Below are positions 19,664 to 31,200 of a stretch of DNA of 64,000 bases, piece by piece (positions within the stretch are counted from its first letter, which is position 1; each line of letters starts with the position of its first letter). The notes below the pieces were generated by a model. It made no database searches. It saw only the letters and a program-made list of their open reading frames with translations, and was not told the origin of the DNA. The translations under genes were made by a program, and so were the position numbers. This DNA is from an uncultured Bacteroidota bacterium (GTDB taxonomy: Bacteria > Bacteroidota > Bacteroidia > Flavobacteriales > BACL11). Location: the NCBI GenBank assembly GCA_902597195.1, contig CACJWV010000001.1:120-64119 (forward strand), given 5' to 3'.

Positions 19664-19668
19664 CTTTA

Positions 19669-19905
19669 CTAGTTAGCTAGAATTGAAATAGTATTGGTTT
19701 TCATTTCAACAACACCACTATTGATTTCAAATTTGTGTTCAGAATTGTTTTCATCTTTAACGATGATAACACCTTTTTTCAAATTAGATACAATAGCTGC
19801 GTGATTATTTAAAATTTCAAAACCTCCGGACTCACCTGGCAGTTTAACGGATTTTGCATTACCTTTAAATATAATTGCCTCAGGACTGATGATTTCAATA
19901 TCCAT
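19669..19905 (-). CDS. atpC: F0F1 ATP synthase subunit epsilon, short form with the beta-sandwich only
   Basis: It lies directly downstream of atpD. IISPE...F.G....V..PG..G.F.IL..HA is the epsilon N-terminal domain; 78 aa. Confidence 0.85.
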   Translation of the reverse strand: MDIEIISPEAIIFKGNAKSVKLPGESGGFEILNNHAAIVSNLKKGVIIVKDENNSEHKFEINSGVVEMKTNTISILAN

Positions 19906-19906
19906 A

Positions 19907-21427
<1,521 letters not shown>

Positions 21428-21447
21428 TTATGGGTTTATTTATTGGG

Positions 21448-21455
21448 CAAACTTA
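21448..21455 (-). promoter_or_regulatory. Candidate -7 promoter box for atpDC
   Basis: The minus strand reads TAAGTTTG, 33 nt upstream of the atpD ATG. Confidence 0.3.
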
Positions 21456-21543
21456 ATATTTTTAATTTGTTTTTTAAGTATGAAAAGCTATATAAATTAA
21501 TTATTAATTTTGAACAAATTTTTAACACCTCAATAAATCAAAT

Positions 21544-22482
21544 TTGCAAGTAATTTATTCAGTTGACGATTTTCCAAGTGATGTTGAAACATCAGTAACT
21601 ATAGGTACATTTGATGGAGTGCACACGGGGCATAGAAAAATTTTTGAAGAACTAATTAAAACTGCAAAAGAGTCAAAGTTAAAATCAGTTGTTTTTACTT
21701 TCGAACCTCATCCAAGAAAAGTTTTAACTAATAATAACTCAAGCCTCGATTTAATTACAATAACTGAAGAAAAAATTGAGCTTTTCAAGTTGATGTCATT
21801 AGACTTTTTAGTCATTCAAAAATTTAGCAAAAATTTTTCAAAGATTGATCCACTAGATTTTATCAGAGATTTTCTTGTTGACAAATTGAACTTGAAATAT
21901 TTAATTGTCGGATATGACCATCAATTTGGAAAAAATAGAAATGGAACATTTGATAGTTTGCAACAATATTCCAAACTTTTAGGATTTTCATTAAAAAAAG
22001 TTGATGTACATAAAAACTCTGAAATTGTAGTTAGTTCAACTAAAATTAGAAGTTTAATAGCTTCTGGGATGATAGAAATGGCTAATAGCCTACTAGGTTA
22101 TCGCTATTTTTTTAGTGGAATTGTTACTAAAGGAAATGAAATTGGAAAAGAGTTAGGATTTGCAACGGCAAATCTTCAAATTAGTGAAGAAAAAGTTCAT
22201 GTTCAAAATGGAGTGTATGCTGTGCATGCATATGTAAAAAATGTAAGGCATTCAGCAATGATGAATGTAGGCTATAACCCTACCTTTGAAAATGATATTT
22301 TTGATGAAAAAAAGGTTGAGGTACATATCTTTAATTTTAAAGAAAATATTTATGGAGAAATTATCAAAGTAGAGGTGATAAAAAAAATCAGAAATGAAGT
22401 TAAGTTTGAAAGTAAGGATAAGTTAATAGACCAGCTAAATATTGATAAGCAAACTTCTTTGTCAATTATTCAAGAGCTTTAA
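21544..22482 (+). CDS. ribF: Bifunctional riboflavin kinase / FMN adenylyltransferase
   Basis: TIGTFDGVHTGH, the kinase domain GFATANL, and ...VEVHIFNF. A TTG start is implied, as there is no in-frame ATG before the GxFDGxH motif. Confidence 0.9.
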   Translation: MQVIYSVDDFPSDVETSVTIGTFDGVHTGHRKIFEELIKTAKESKLKSVVFTFEPHPRKVLTNNNSSLDLITITEEKIELFKLMSLDFLVIQKFSKNFSKIDPLDFIRDFLVDKLNLKYLIVGYDHQFGKNRNGTFDSLQQYSKLLGFSLKKVDVHKNSEIVVSSTKIRSLIASGMIEMANSLLGYRYFFSGIVTKGNEIGKELGFATANLQISEEKVHVQNGVYAVHAYVKNVRHSAMMNVGYNPTFENDIFDEKKVEVHIFNFKENIYGEIIKVEVIKKIRNEVKFESKDKLIDQLNIDKQTSLSIIQEL

Positions 22483-24747
22483 TTTAGCAAACTTTAGCAA
22501 TAAAGTTTTTTCGCCAAAGTTGTCAAAATTTACACATGCTTTAGTACTTGAACCAAATCCTTCGATATTTGAAATTGATCCTTTGCCAAAATTTTGGTGT
22601 TCAATTCGATCTCCGATAGAAAATTTATGCTCGACATAATTTTCAGCTTCATGATTTTCTATTTTTTTTACTGACTTCAAGCTTCTGTTCGTTGTTGGAA
22701 ATGATTTTTTTTTGAAACTAAATTTAGGCTTCGAAAACTGAATCTCTTGTTCATTTCTAACCACATATTTTTCATCCAGTTCATTTAAAAATCTGCTTTC
22801 AGAGCAGTCAATGTATTGTCCCCATCTGAATCTGAATGTAGAGTACGATAAGAATAAATTTTTCATAGCACGAGTAATTGCAACATAAAATAATCTTCTT
22901 TCTTCTTCCAAATCTTGCTCACTTTCTAAGCTCAACATCGATGGAAATAGGTTTTCTTCAATTCCAACTACAAAAACATTAGGAAATTCAAGTCCTTTAG
23001 CTGCATGAATCGTCATTAGTGTTATTTTGTCTACTTCTTCGTCATTTTCATTATCCATGTCTGTAATTAATGCAATTTCTTGCAGATAATTACCAAGAGA
23101 AACTTCATCTTCTGATTGCTCTGCAAAAGTTTTAACTCCATTTAATAATTCTTGAATATTTTCAAATCTACTTACACCTTCAGGTGTTTTGTCATTATGT
23201 AGTTCAGTATAAATTTTTGAACTGTGAATAATATCGTTTGCAAGAGTATAAGCATCGCATTTTTGACTCATCAATATGAACTTTTGAATAAGTTCATAGA
23301 ATTCAATCAACTTTTTCTTTGTCCCCTTATTGATGTTTATATCAATATGCTCTATGTTTTCAATTATGCTCCAAATGCTTGTATCATTTTCTATTGCTTT
23401 TAGACTTAATCTGTTTAATGTTGTTAATCCAATACCTCTGCTAGGATAATTTATTATTCTTTTTAAAGATTCATCGTCATTTTGATTTACTATTACTCTA
23501 AAGTAAGCTAAGATATCTTTAATTTCTTTTCTTTGATAAAAAGAAATTCCACCATAAATTTTATAATTTATGTTTTTCTTTCTTAAAGCTTCCTCAATCG
23601 CTCTTGATTGGGCATTTGTTCTGTAAAGAACGCAAAAGTCGTTGTTAAAGAAATCATCTCTAATTTTTAAATCAAAAATTGTATTTGCTACCAACTTTGC
23701 TTCTTCATTATCAGAGCTACATTTGTGTATTACCACAGAGCTTCCAATGCTATTGTTAGTCCAAACTTTTTTTTGTAATTGTTTTTTGTTAAAGCTGATA
23801 AGATGATTAGCAGTCTCTACAATTGATTTTGTAGATCTGTAATTTTGCTCTAGCTTGAATGATTTAAAGTCAGGGTAATCAGATTGAAAATTAAGTATGT
23901 TTTGTATGTTTGCTCCTCTGAAAGCATATATGCTTTGCGCATCATCACCAACTACACATATATTTTCATTTAATGCAGCAAGCTTTTTTATAATTAAATA
24001 TTGAATATGATTGGTATCCTGATATTCATCAATTAAGATATACTCAAATTTTCTTTGGTATTTTAAAAGTATATCCGGGAAAGAATTCAATAATTTGTAT
24101 GTATTAATTAATAAATCATCAAAGTCCATTGCAGAATATTTAATACATCTGTTAGTGTATGATTTGTAAATATCTATGAAGTTTGTTCTTTTGGCTATTT
24201 TGTCTTGTAATACAATTTCCGGGTTATTAACATATTCATCTGGAGAGATAAAGTTGTTTTTCATAGTCGATATTCTAGATCTTATTATATTAACTTTATA
24301 AAAATCTTTGTTCAGGTTCAGCTCTTTAATAATAGATCTGATTAAACTTTTACTATCTTCAGTGTCGTAAATTGTATAATTTTTTGGATAGTTTATGTAG
24401 TGAGATTCTATTCTCAGAATTTTAGAAAATACAGAATGAAATGTCCCCATCCAAATATTTTTAGCATCATTATCTCCAATGATATTTTGTATCCTGTCCC
24501 TCATTTCTCTAGACGCTTTGTTGGTGAAGGTTAGTGAAAGAATATTAAACGGATTGATTCCATTTTTTATTAAATGAGCAATTCTGTATGTTAAAACTCT
24601 AGTCTTTCCTGACCCAGCTCCTGCAATGACAATCATCGGACCATCTATTTGTTCTACTGCTTGTTTTTGCTCAGGATTTAAATGATTCAAATAGTCGTTC
24701 AATGTTTTTTTTTGTAAAATTAGTCTTAAAAATATATTCTTACGCAA
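22462..24747 (-). CDS. pcrA: UvrD/PcrA/Rep family ATP-dependent DNA helicase
   Basis: Helicase motifs GAGSGKT, TFTNKA, DEYQDTN, QNYRS, VLYRTN, TIHAAKGLEF, VAITRA. The start is uncertain: there is no ATG upstream of LNPEQ, and TTG 24747 is the longest option. Confidence 0.88.
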   Translation of the reverse strand: MRKNIFLRLILQKKTLNDYLNHLNPEQKQAVEQIDGPMIVIAGAGSGKTRVLTYRIAHLIKNGINPFNILSLTFTNKASREMRDRIQNIIGDNDAKNIWMGTFHSVFSKILRIESHYINYPKNYTIYDTEDSKSLIRSIIKELNLNKDFYKVNIIRSRISTMKNNFISPDEYVNNPEIVLQDKIAKRTNFIDIYKSYTNRCIKYSAMDFDDLLINTYKLLNSFPDILLKYQRKFEYILIDEYQDTNHIQYLIIKKLAALNENICVVGDDAQSIYAFRGANIQNILNFQSDYPDFKSFKLEQNYRSTKSIVETANHLISFNKKQLQKKVWTNNSIGSSVVIHKCSSDNEEAKLVANTIFDLKIRDDFFNNDFCVLYRTNAQSRAIEEALRKKNINYKIYGGISFYQRKEIKDILAYFRVIVNQNDDESLKRIINYPSRGIGLTTLNRLSLKAIENDTSIWSIIENIEHIDININKGTKKKLIEFYELIQKFILMSQKCDAYTLANDIIHSSKIYTELHNDKTPEGVSRFENIQELLNGVKTFAEQSEDEVSLGNYLQEIALITDMDNENDEEVDKITLMTIHAAKGLEFPNVFVVGIEENLFPSMLSLESEQDLEEERRLFYVAITRAMKNLFLSYSTFRFRWGQYIDCSESRFLNELDEKYVVRNEQEIQFSKPKFSFKKKSFPTTNRSLKSVKKIENHEAENYVEHKFSIGDRIEHQNFGKGSISNIEGFGSSTKACVNFDNFGEKTLLLKFAKLKLLNN

Positions 24748-24763
24748 AATAAAAAAGATTTTC

Positions 24764-24771
24764 TACATTTG
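24764..24771 (+). promoter_or_regulatory. Candidate -7 promoter box for the first giant adhesin gene
   Basis: TACATTTG lies 37 nt upstream of the ATG at 24808. Confidence 0.3.
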
Positions 24772-24807
24772 TTATACTAGATTAAAATTAGTATTACGAT
24801 CAATTAA

Positions 24808-27800
24808 ATGTTATTTCTTAGGTATCGAAATTCAAACATATTGTTTTTGGGAATTTTATCATTTTTATTGTTAAAATTTTCAGTATCAGCAAGTGCCCAA
24901 AGTTCAATCATGCCCTCGCCATGCAATGATTCTATACAAATGATCGTTAATTCAAGTCTTGAAACATGCATAGAGGGAGATGGGGTAATAGAAATCATAG
25001 TCACAGGAGGAAATGGAAATTTTTCATATTCTCTTGATGGAGGATTAAATTTTTCTACATCAATATTTATTGATACAATCACGATAGATTCTCTTTCAAG
25101 CTCAACATATGATATCTCAGTTAGGGACGATAGCTTATGTGTAAAAAACTTTGGCTATTTCTATTTAGGACAAGTTCAACCTGCTCACATTGACTCAATT
25201 AATTTAGTAAATGAATCATGCTGTGGCGGTGATGGATCCATAGAAATATTTTCTAGCTCAATTTATAATATTAGTTTTTCTATTGACAGTGGCTTAAGTT
25301 GGTCTCAACAAAATTCTTTCAGTTCTTTAGAAAATGGAAACTATTACCTTTTTATTGAAGATGAAAATTTTTGTAGAGATAGTTTGTTTGTTGAACTAAA
25401 AATTGATTCTATTGCTAATATTAACATGGCATCTCAAGTAACTGATGTTATTTGCAATAATGATTCAAATGGTACTTTTAAATTATTATATCCGGACCCT
25501 TGCTATAAATACGAATTATGGAGATACACTGTAAATACACCGCAGCTGATTACAGATTCAGGTACCTATTTCAATAATCTTGTTCCAGGATACTATGGAC
25601 TTATTGCGAAGTCAAATTCAGAAACTTGCTTTGATTCCTCAAGTGTTTTTTATATTTCTCAGCCAGATGAGTTGAGTTCAACTAACGCTCTATCTGTTGA
25701 AAATACATGCTCTAATATCTCGAATTGTAATGGAATGATTACAGCGGGACTTGTCACAGGTGGAATTTCTCCTTTTTACTATTATGTGAATCGATTTGGA
25801 AGCAATATACCTCAAGGTCCAATATCTGTTGATTCAACTTTTTCACTTCTTTGTTCTGGACAATACCAAATTAGATATTTGGATGCAAATGCATGCGAGT
25901 ATTTAGATACTGTTGAGATCGTTGATAACTCATTAAGAATAGATTCGCTAATAAAAAGTGAAATTAAATGTTATGGAAATTCTGATGGTGAAATTGATGT
26001 TTATTTTAGTGGAGGGGAAAGTCCCTTCATAACAATTTGGAATGATACTTTATTGTCAAATAGAATTGACAGTCTAAGTTCAGGTTCCTATAAAGTAAGC
26101 ATCATTGACTCTGTTGGTTGTGTTGTCACTGATAGTTTAATTTTGGAGAATCCTGACACTTTACTTTTTAAAGTACGTTCAAATGGTATCACTGAGGAAA
26201 CTTGCTTTAATAGTTCTAATGACGGTCAAATAATATTAGAAATAACAGGAGGTACATCACCATTTTTTCATAGTTGGATTTCCAGTTCTGGGTCAAGTGG
26301 TTATGGAATTGGTGATACAATTTTCTCGTTGAGTTCAGATACATTTGTATTAAGTGTTGTTGACAATAATGGATGCATCGGATCGCCTAGCTGGGGGACA
26401 GTAGATACTACTTTTGTTGGCGCATTGAATTTTGAAAACCTTTTAACGATTGATTCAGTAAATTTCAATTCAGATTCCATTTGCTATGCAGTTAATGATG
26501 GTTTTATACATATATATTCATCTGGTATCTATCCATTAAGTTATTCAGTAGACAGTGGGCTCACTGTTCAAGTGGACTCGATATTTACATCTTTACCAGC
26601 AAAAAACTATCATATTGTTGTTTATGACAGTTTGGGATGTTCTGAAAATTTAGAAATTGAAATTTTGGAATATGATCAGCTATTAATTCAAATTGATAGC
26701 ATAAAAAATGTAAGTTGCTACGAAGGTAATGATGGTTATATTTCTGTTAGTACTAACTCTGACAGAAGCTATGATTTTTTATGGTCATTAAACAATGATA
26801 CGAATCGCTTTATCAATAACTTAAAATCTAACCAATATTTTGTTAGAGTAACTGATGAAAATCAATGTACATCAGTTGATACTTTCTACATAGCTGAGCT
26901 TGGTGGGCCACTTAAGTCTAATGAAGTTATAAATATTGATGTTACTTGCTTTGGAGGTAAAGACGGTTTTTCTGAGGTTTTGGCCTCAGGTGGAGTACCA
27001 TTCACAGATTCTTCCTATTCCTATATCTGGTTAAGCTCCGAGTATGATACAATTGGTTTTGGTAAAAATCAAAATAATTTATCATCAGACTTTTACACCG
27101 TACACATATTTGATAGCCTTGAATGTGGTCCGTTTGTTGATACGATTAGAATATTGCAGCCTGATTCGTTTTATGTCACTGTCGTAAATATTACAGATAA
27201 TGTTTGCCATGGTAATAATAACGGAAATATATTATTACAAGGGCATGGTGGTAATTTACCATATCACAAATATTTTTTATCTAGTGATAGCTATATTAAT
27301 GAAACTCAAGTTAGTTTTTTTGATAGTTTATTAGCAGATAATTATGTTGCATGGATTGCTGATGGCAAAAATTGTATTTCTGATACATTAAAAAATATTA
27401 AGCTTGGAGAGCCAGGTGGTTTAAATCTCAATTTAACTACCCAAAATCCTAATTGTTATTCTTCATCAGATGGGAGTATGTCACTAATTTTAAATTCAGC
27501 AACATCCCCTTATGATTGTAATGTTTTGTATGATGGTCTGCTAATAAATTCATTCACATTGAATCAAAATTATACCCAAATCTTATATGACTTGTCAAAA
27601 GGAAATTATGAAATCCAAATTTCTGACTATAATGGTTGCGAGTACGATACATTATTTGCATTGTTAGAGCCTGACCCTGTTATTTCTAATTTTACTCCTG
27701 ATTCTTACTATTGGGTTGAACCTGTAGTAATTGACTTTGTTAATTTGAGTGAAAATGCAAATCAATTTGAATGGAGATTTGGTAATGGAACTTCGATTTC

Positions 27801-28203
27801 TAATAACAGTTTAGATAATGTTAGCAGCTTTTATAATAATCAGGGGAAATACATAATTGAACTAATTGCTTCAAATCAAGAGCTTTCTAACATATGCAAT
27901 GATACATCAAAATTTGAGATAGATATTGAAGGTTTTGATATCTTAAATACTTTTACTCCAAACGGAGATAATATCAATGATTATTTCGAATTTGATGAGC
28001 ACCTATTTTCAGAAATAAACGTCAAAATTTATAACAAGTGGGGAACAAAAGTTTTTGAATGGAATGAAATCAACTACAAGTGGGATGGTAGAGGATACAG
28101 CGGAGAAAATCTGCCAGAATCAGTTTATTACTTTGTTTTAGATGCAGTTGGTATTTCTGGACAATATTATCAAACTAATGGTCATATCAATTTATTAAGA
28201 TAG
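24808..28203 (+). CDS. Giant cell-surface SprB-repeat protein with a PKD-like domain and a T9SS type-B C-terminal domain (island gene 1)
   Basis: Signal peptide MLFLRYRNSNILFLGILSFLLLKFSVSASA. Many repeats of C.G..DG.I.....GG..P(F/Y).Y.W ... D..GC. C-terminal FTPNGDNINDYFEF...KIYNKWGTKVFEW...WDGRGYSGENLPESVYYFVL is the gliding-motility-associated CTD (TIGR04131 type). Confidence 0.9.
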   Translation: MLFLRYRNSNILFLGILSFLLLKFSVSASAQSSIMPSPCNDSIQMIVNSSLETCIEGDGVIEIIVTGGNGNFSYSLDGGLNFSTSIFIDTITIDSLSSSTYDISVRDDSLCVKNFGYFYLGQVQPAHIDSINLVNESCCGGDGSIEIFSSSIYNISFSIDSGLSWSQQNSFSSLENGNYYLFIEDENFCRDSLFVELKIDSIANINMASQVTDVICNNDSNGTFKLLYPDPCYKYELWRYTVNTPQLITDSGTYFNNLVPGYYGLIAKSNSETCFDSSSVFYISQPDELSSTNALSVENTCSNISNCNGMITAGLVTGGISPFYYYVNRFGSNIPQGPISVDSTFSLLCSGQYQIRYLDANACEYLDTVEIVDNSLRIDSLIKSEIKCYGNSDGEIDVYFSGGESPFITIWNDTLLSNRIDSLSSGSYKVSIIDSVGCVVTDSLILENPDTLLFKVRSNGITEETCFNSSNDGQIILEITGGTSPFFHSWISSSGSSGYGIGDTIFSLSSDTFVLSVVDNNGCIGSPSWGTVDTTFVGALNFENLLTIDSVNFNSDSICYAVNDGFIHIYSSGIYPLSYSVDSGLTVQVDSIFTSLPAKNYHIVVYDSLGCSENLEIEILEYDQLLIQIDSIKNVSCYEGNDGYISVSTNSDRSYDFLWSLNNDTNRFINNLKSNQYFVRVTDENQCTSVDTFYIAELGGPLKSNEVINIDVTCFGGKDGFSEVLASGGVPFTDSSYSYIWLSSEYDTIGFGKNQNNLSSDFYTVHIFDSLECGPFVDTIRILQPDSFYVTVVNITDNVCHGNNNGNILLQGHGGNLPYHKYFLSSDSYINETQVSFFDSLLADNYVAWIADGKNCISDTLKNIKLGEPGGLNLNLTTQNPNCYSSSDGSMSLILNSATSPYDCNVLYDGLLINSFTLNQNYTQILYDLSKGNYEIQISDYNGCEYDTLFALLEPDPVISNFTPDSYYWVEPVVIDFVNLSENANQFEWRFGNGTSISNNSLDNVSSFYNNQGKYIIELIASNQELSNICNDTSKFEIDIEGFDILNTFTPNGDNINDYFEFDEHLFSEINVKIYNKWGTKVFEWNEINYKWDGRGYSGENLPESVYYFVLDAVGISGQYYQTNGHINLLR
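27941..28200 (+). other. T9SS type-B C-terminal sorting domain of island gene 1
   Basis: FTPNGDxxND...Y(N)(K/R)WG..VF......WDG.......P.GVYY(F/Y) signature. Confidence 0.8.
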
Positions 28204-28255
28204 GAAAGTTAAAACAAAACTTACCTTAAAATCGCTCTATTAGAAGCGAATTTTG

Positions 28256-28263
28256 TAGATTTG
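28256..28263 (+). promoter_or_regulatory. Candidate -7 promoter box for island gene 2
   Basis: TAGATTTG lies 17 nt upstream of the ATG at 28280. Confidence 0.3.
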
Positions 28264-28279
28264 TTCAAAATAATCGATT

Positions 28280-31200
28280 ATGAAAAAGATAGTTGGACTA
28301 ATTCTTTTGGTTTTTCTATCATTTGGTGTTCATGCAAGTCACATCATGGGAGGAGAGATCACCTGGGAGTGTATCAAAGATCCTCTTGACCCTGATGTTG
28401 GTAAGTATATTTTCACAATGAAGTTATACAGAGATTGTGATGGTATTTCTTTACCCACAACTAATCAAACACTAAATGTTTGGAATCACCCTACAGTAAC
28501 TACAATCAGTTTACAATTTATTTCAAATACTGACATATCACCAGACTGTGATGTTACAAATAGTGGAAACCCTGCATTAGACTGTTTTACAAATCCAATC
28601 GGCGCTGTTGAAGAGTACATCTATCAATCTCTGCCAATAGCTTTAATTGGCGCACCTCCAATTTCCAATCCTCCAACACCCACTACGCATGGATGGCATT
28701 TTACATGGGACTCATGCTGTAGAAATGGAGCTATTGTAAATTTAACTACACCAAATTCTGACGGTTTTACCATGAGAGCTTCAATGTTCGCATATGTCGA
28801 TCCTCTAGGTAACTCCACGCCGACAGATCCATGCTTTGATTCCTCTCCAATTTTTAATGAAAGCCCTAAGACAATTATTTGTACTGGATATCCTTTTTCA
28901 TATACACATAATGCATCTGATCAAGAAATGGATAGTTTGGTTTACAGTTGGGACGAGCCATTAGATGACTTTTTTGGGGCTTACAATCCGCCTGTAACAC
29001 CCGGTCTGCTAACGTATACACCCCCTTACACTGCAAATAACCCGCTTCCTGGAAACCCAACACTTGATCCTCAAAACGGTCAGATATCTTACACATCAAA
29101 TTTATCTGGTAACTTTGTTACTGTAGTAAGAGTTGATGCATACAAATGTGATCAGCTGGTTGCTCAAATTTATAGAGAAATTCAAGCAGTTTTAATTGCT
29201 TGTCCTCCTCTTGCTGGTGGAAATGCAAACTTTCCTCCAAATATTCCAGCACCATTTCCAGCACCAACTCCCTATTATACCACTGTTGCAGCTGGAACTT
29301 TGGTATCTTTCAATATTAGTGCCTCTGATGCTGATTTATATGCAGCTGGTGTACCTCAAGATGTATCATTAGAAATCACTGGAGGTCAAATGGCAGGTGA
29401 TTTTATAACAACCACTGATTGTGTTAGCCCACCCTGCGCTACATTTACTGACAACTTAGGTAATCCACCACCTTTTTCATCTCCTTCTATCGTTAATGGA
29501 ATTTTTGAGTGGCAAACAGCATGTACCCATATTTCTTCGGATGCAGGATGTGGTAACGTATCAAATATTTACAATTTTGCAATAAAAGCATATGATGACT
29601 TTTGTCCTGCAAATGCTATTACTTTTGCAACAATAACAATCGAAGTTACTCAAGCAGCATCTCTGCCTGCACCCGATTTAAAATGTGTGTTTGTTAATGG
29701 TAATGGCGATGTAACTTTAGATTGGAACCACACCGTAGGGGCAAACAACTCTACGCTATATCATCTCTACGCCTCTGATAATATTGGGGGACCTTACGTA
29801 AATGTTGCAGATGTATCATATCCAACTGATAATTATACAATTGACTCTTCACTTGTGCCACCAGGAGCGCAATATTTTTTCATGACAAATGAGTCCACAT
29901 GTGCAAGTGAATCTCTACCATCAGACACCATTACACCAATAGCATTTGAAATTTCATCAAACAATGTATCTTGTTGGGATGATGCAGATGGGTCAATTTC
30001 CGTCGAAGTTTTAACTAACATGTTAAATCCATTTAGTTATTATATAAATGGTGTAATTAACCCTAATCCACCTCCTTATGATACTTTGTTTAGTGCATTA
30101 CAAGCCGGAACTTATAATATTACAGTAAGTGACAACGGATATTGCCAAATTACTCAGCCAATTCATATAACTGCCCCTGGTTTTCCATTACAATTAATTA
30201 TTAGTGATACTGTGAATACCTGCTTTGGCCAAGGAACCGCTAACGCTAGCGTAGATGGAGCAGGAGGAACCCCACCATACAGCTATGAATGGTTTAATTT
30301 TGGTGATACAATAGCATTTTCTACACAAAATACTGTAGATTCCTTATCCACTGGTAGTTATTTTGTAGAAATTATGGATGTAAATGGATGCGATACTTTC
30401 ACTACAGTACAAGTTATATCCTCACAGCTTCCATTGACAGCCTCACCACAGATTTATGGTGTTTCATGTCAAGGTGATAGTACTGGTATGATCATAGCAG
30501 ATGGAGGAGGTAGCTCTCCCCCTTATAAATACTACTGGAAGGATTCTAGCGGAGATACTATAAGATATACAGGATATATGATAGGAAGAGACACATTGAG
30601 AGATCTTCCTGCAGGAAGTTATAGGCTACATATTTATGATTCACAAGATTGTTTTGAAGATTATATATTAACAGTAGGAGAACCTGCAACGAGCCTAACA
30701 ATAGATAGTTTATTAACTGTTTCAGATATTGCTTGTCATGGAGATAGTGTAGGTAGCGCGAGAATGTTTGTAAGCGGAGGTATGCCTAACTACTCATATG
30801 TTTGGGAAAGCGGAGAGACTGGTTTAGTAGCTACATCTCTCAAGGCTGGCTATAACACTGTGTCTGTTACAGATGACTGGGGTTGTACAGTAGAGGATAG
30901 TATTCAAATTAATGAGAACCCTCTGATTGAGTCAACAGTTAGTGTTGTTCAGAATGTAAGTTGTTATGGTAATTCTGACGGTATTGCAAGTGTTACTTCA
31001 TCAGGAGGCATTCCATCATATATATATTTCTGGAGTAATGGCCATACAGGCTTTAGTATGCCAGATACAGCATATAATCTACTATTTGGAAGTTATTATG
31101 TTACTACCAGAGATGCTTTAGGTTGTGAAGTTATAGATAGTATAGATATAAGTCAACCAGAACCTTTATCAATGGAGGCTAGTGAGATAGAGTGGATTTC

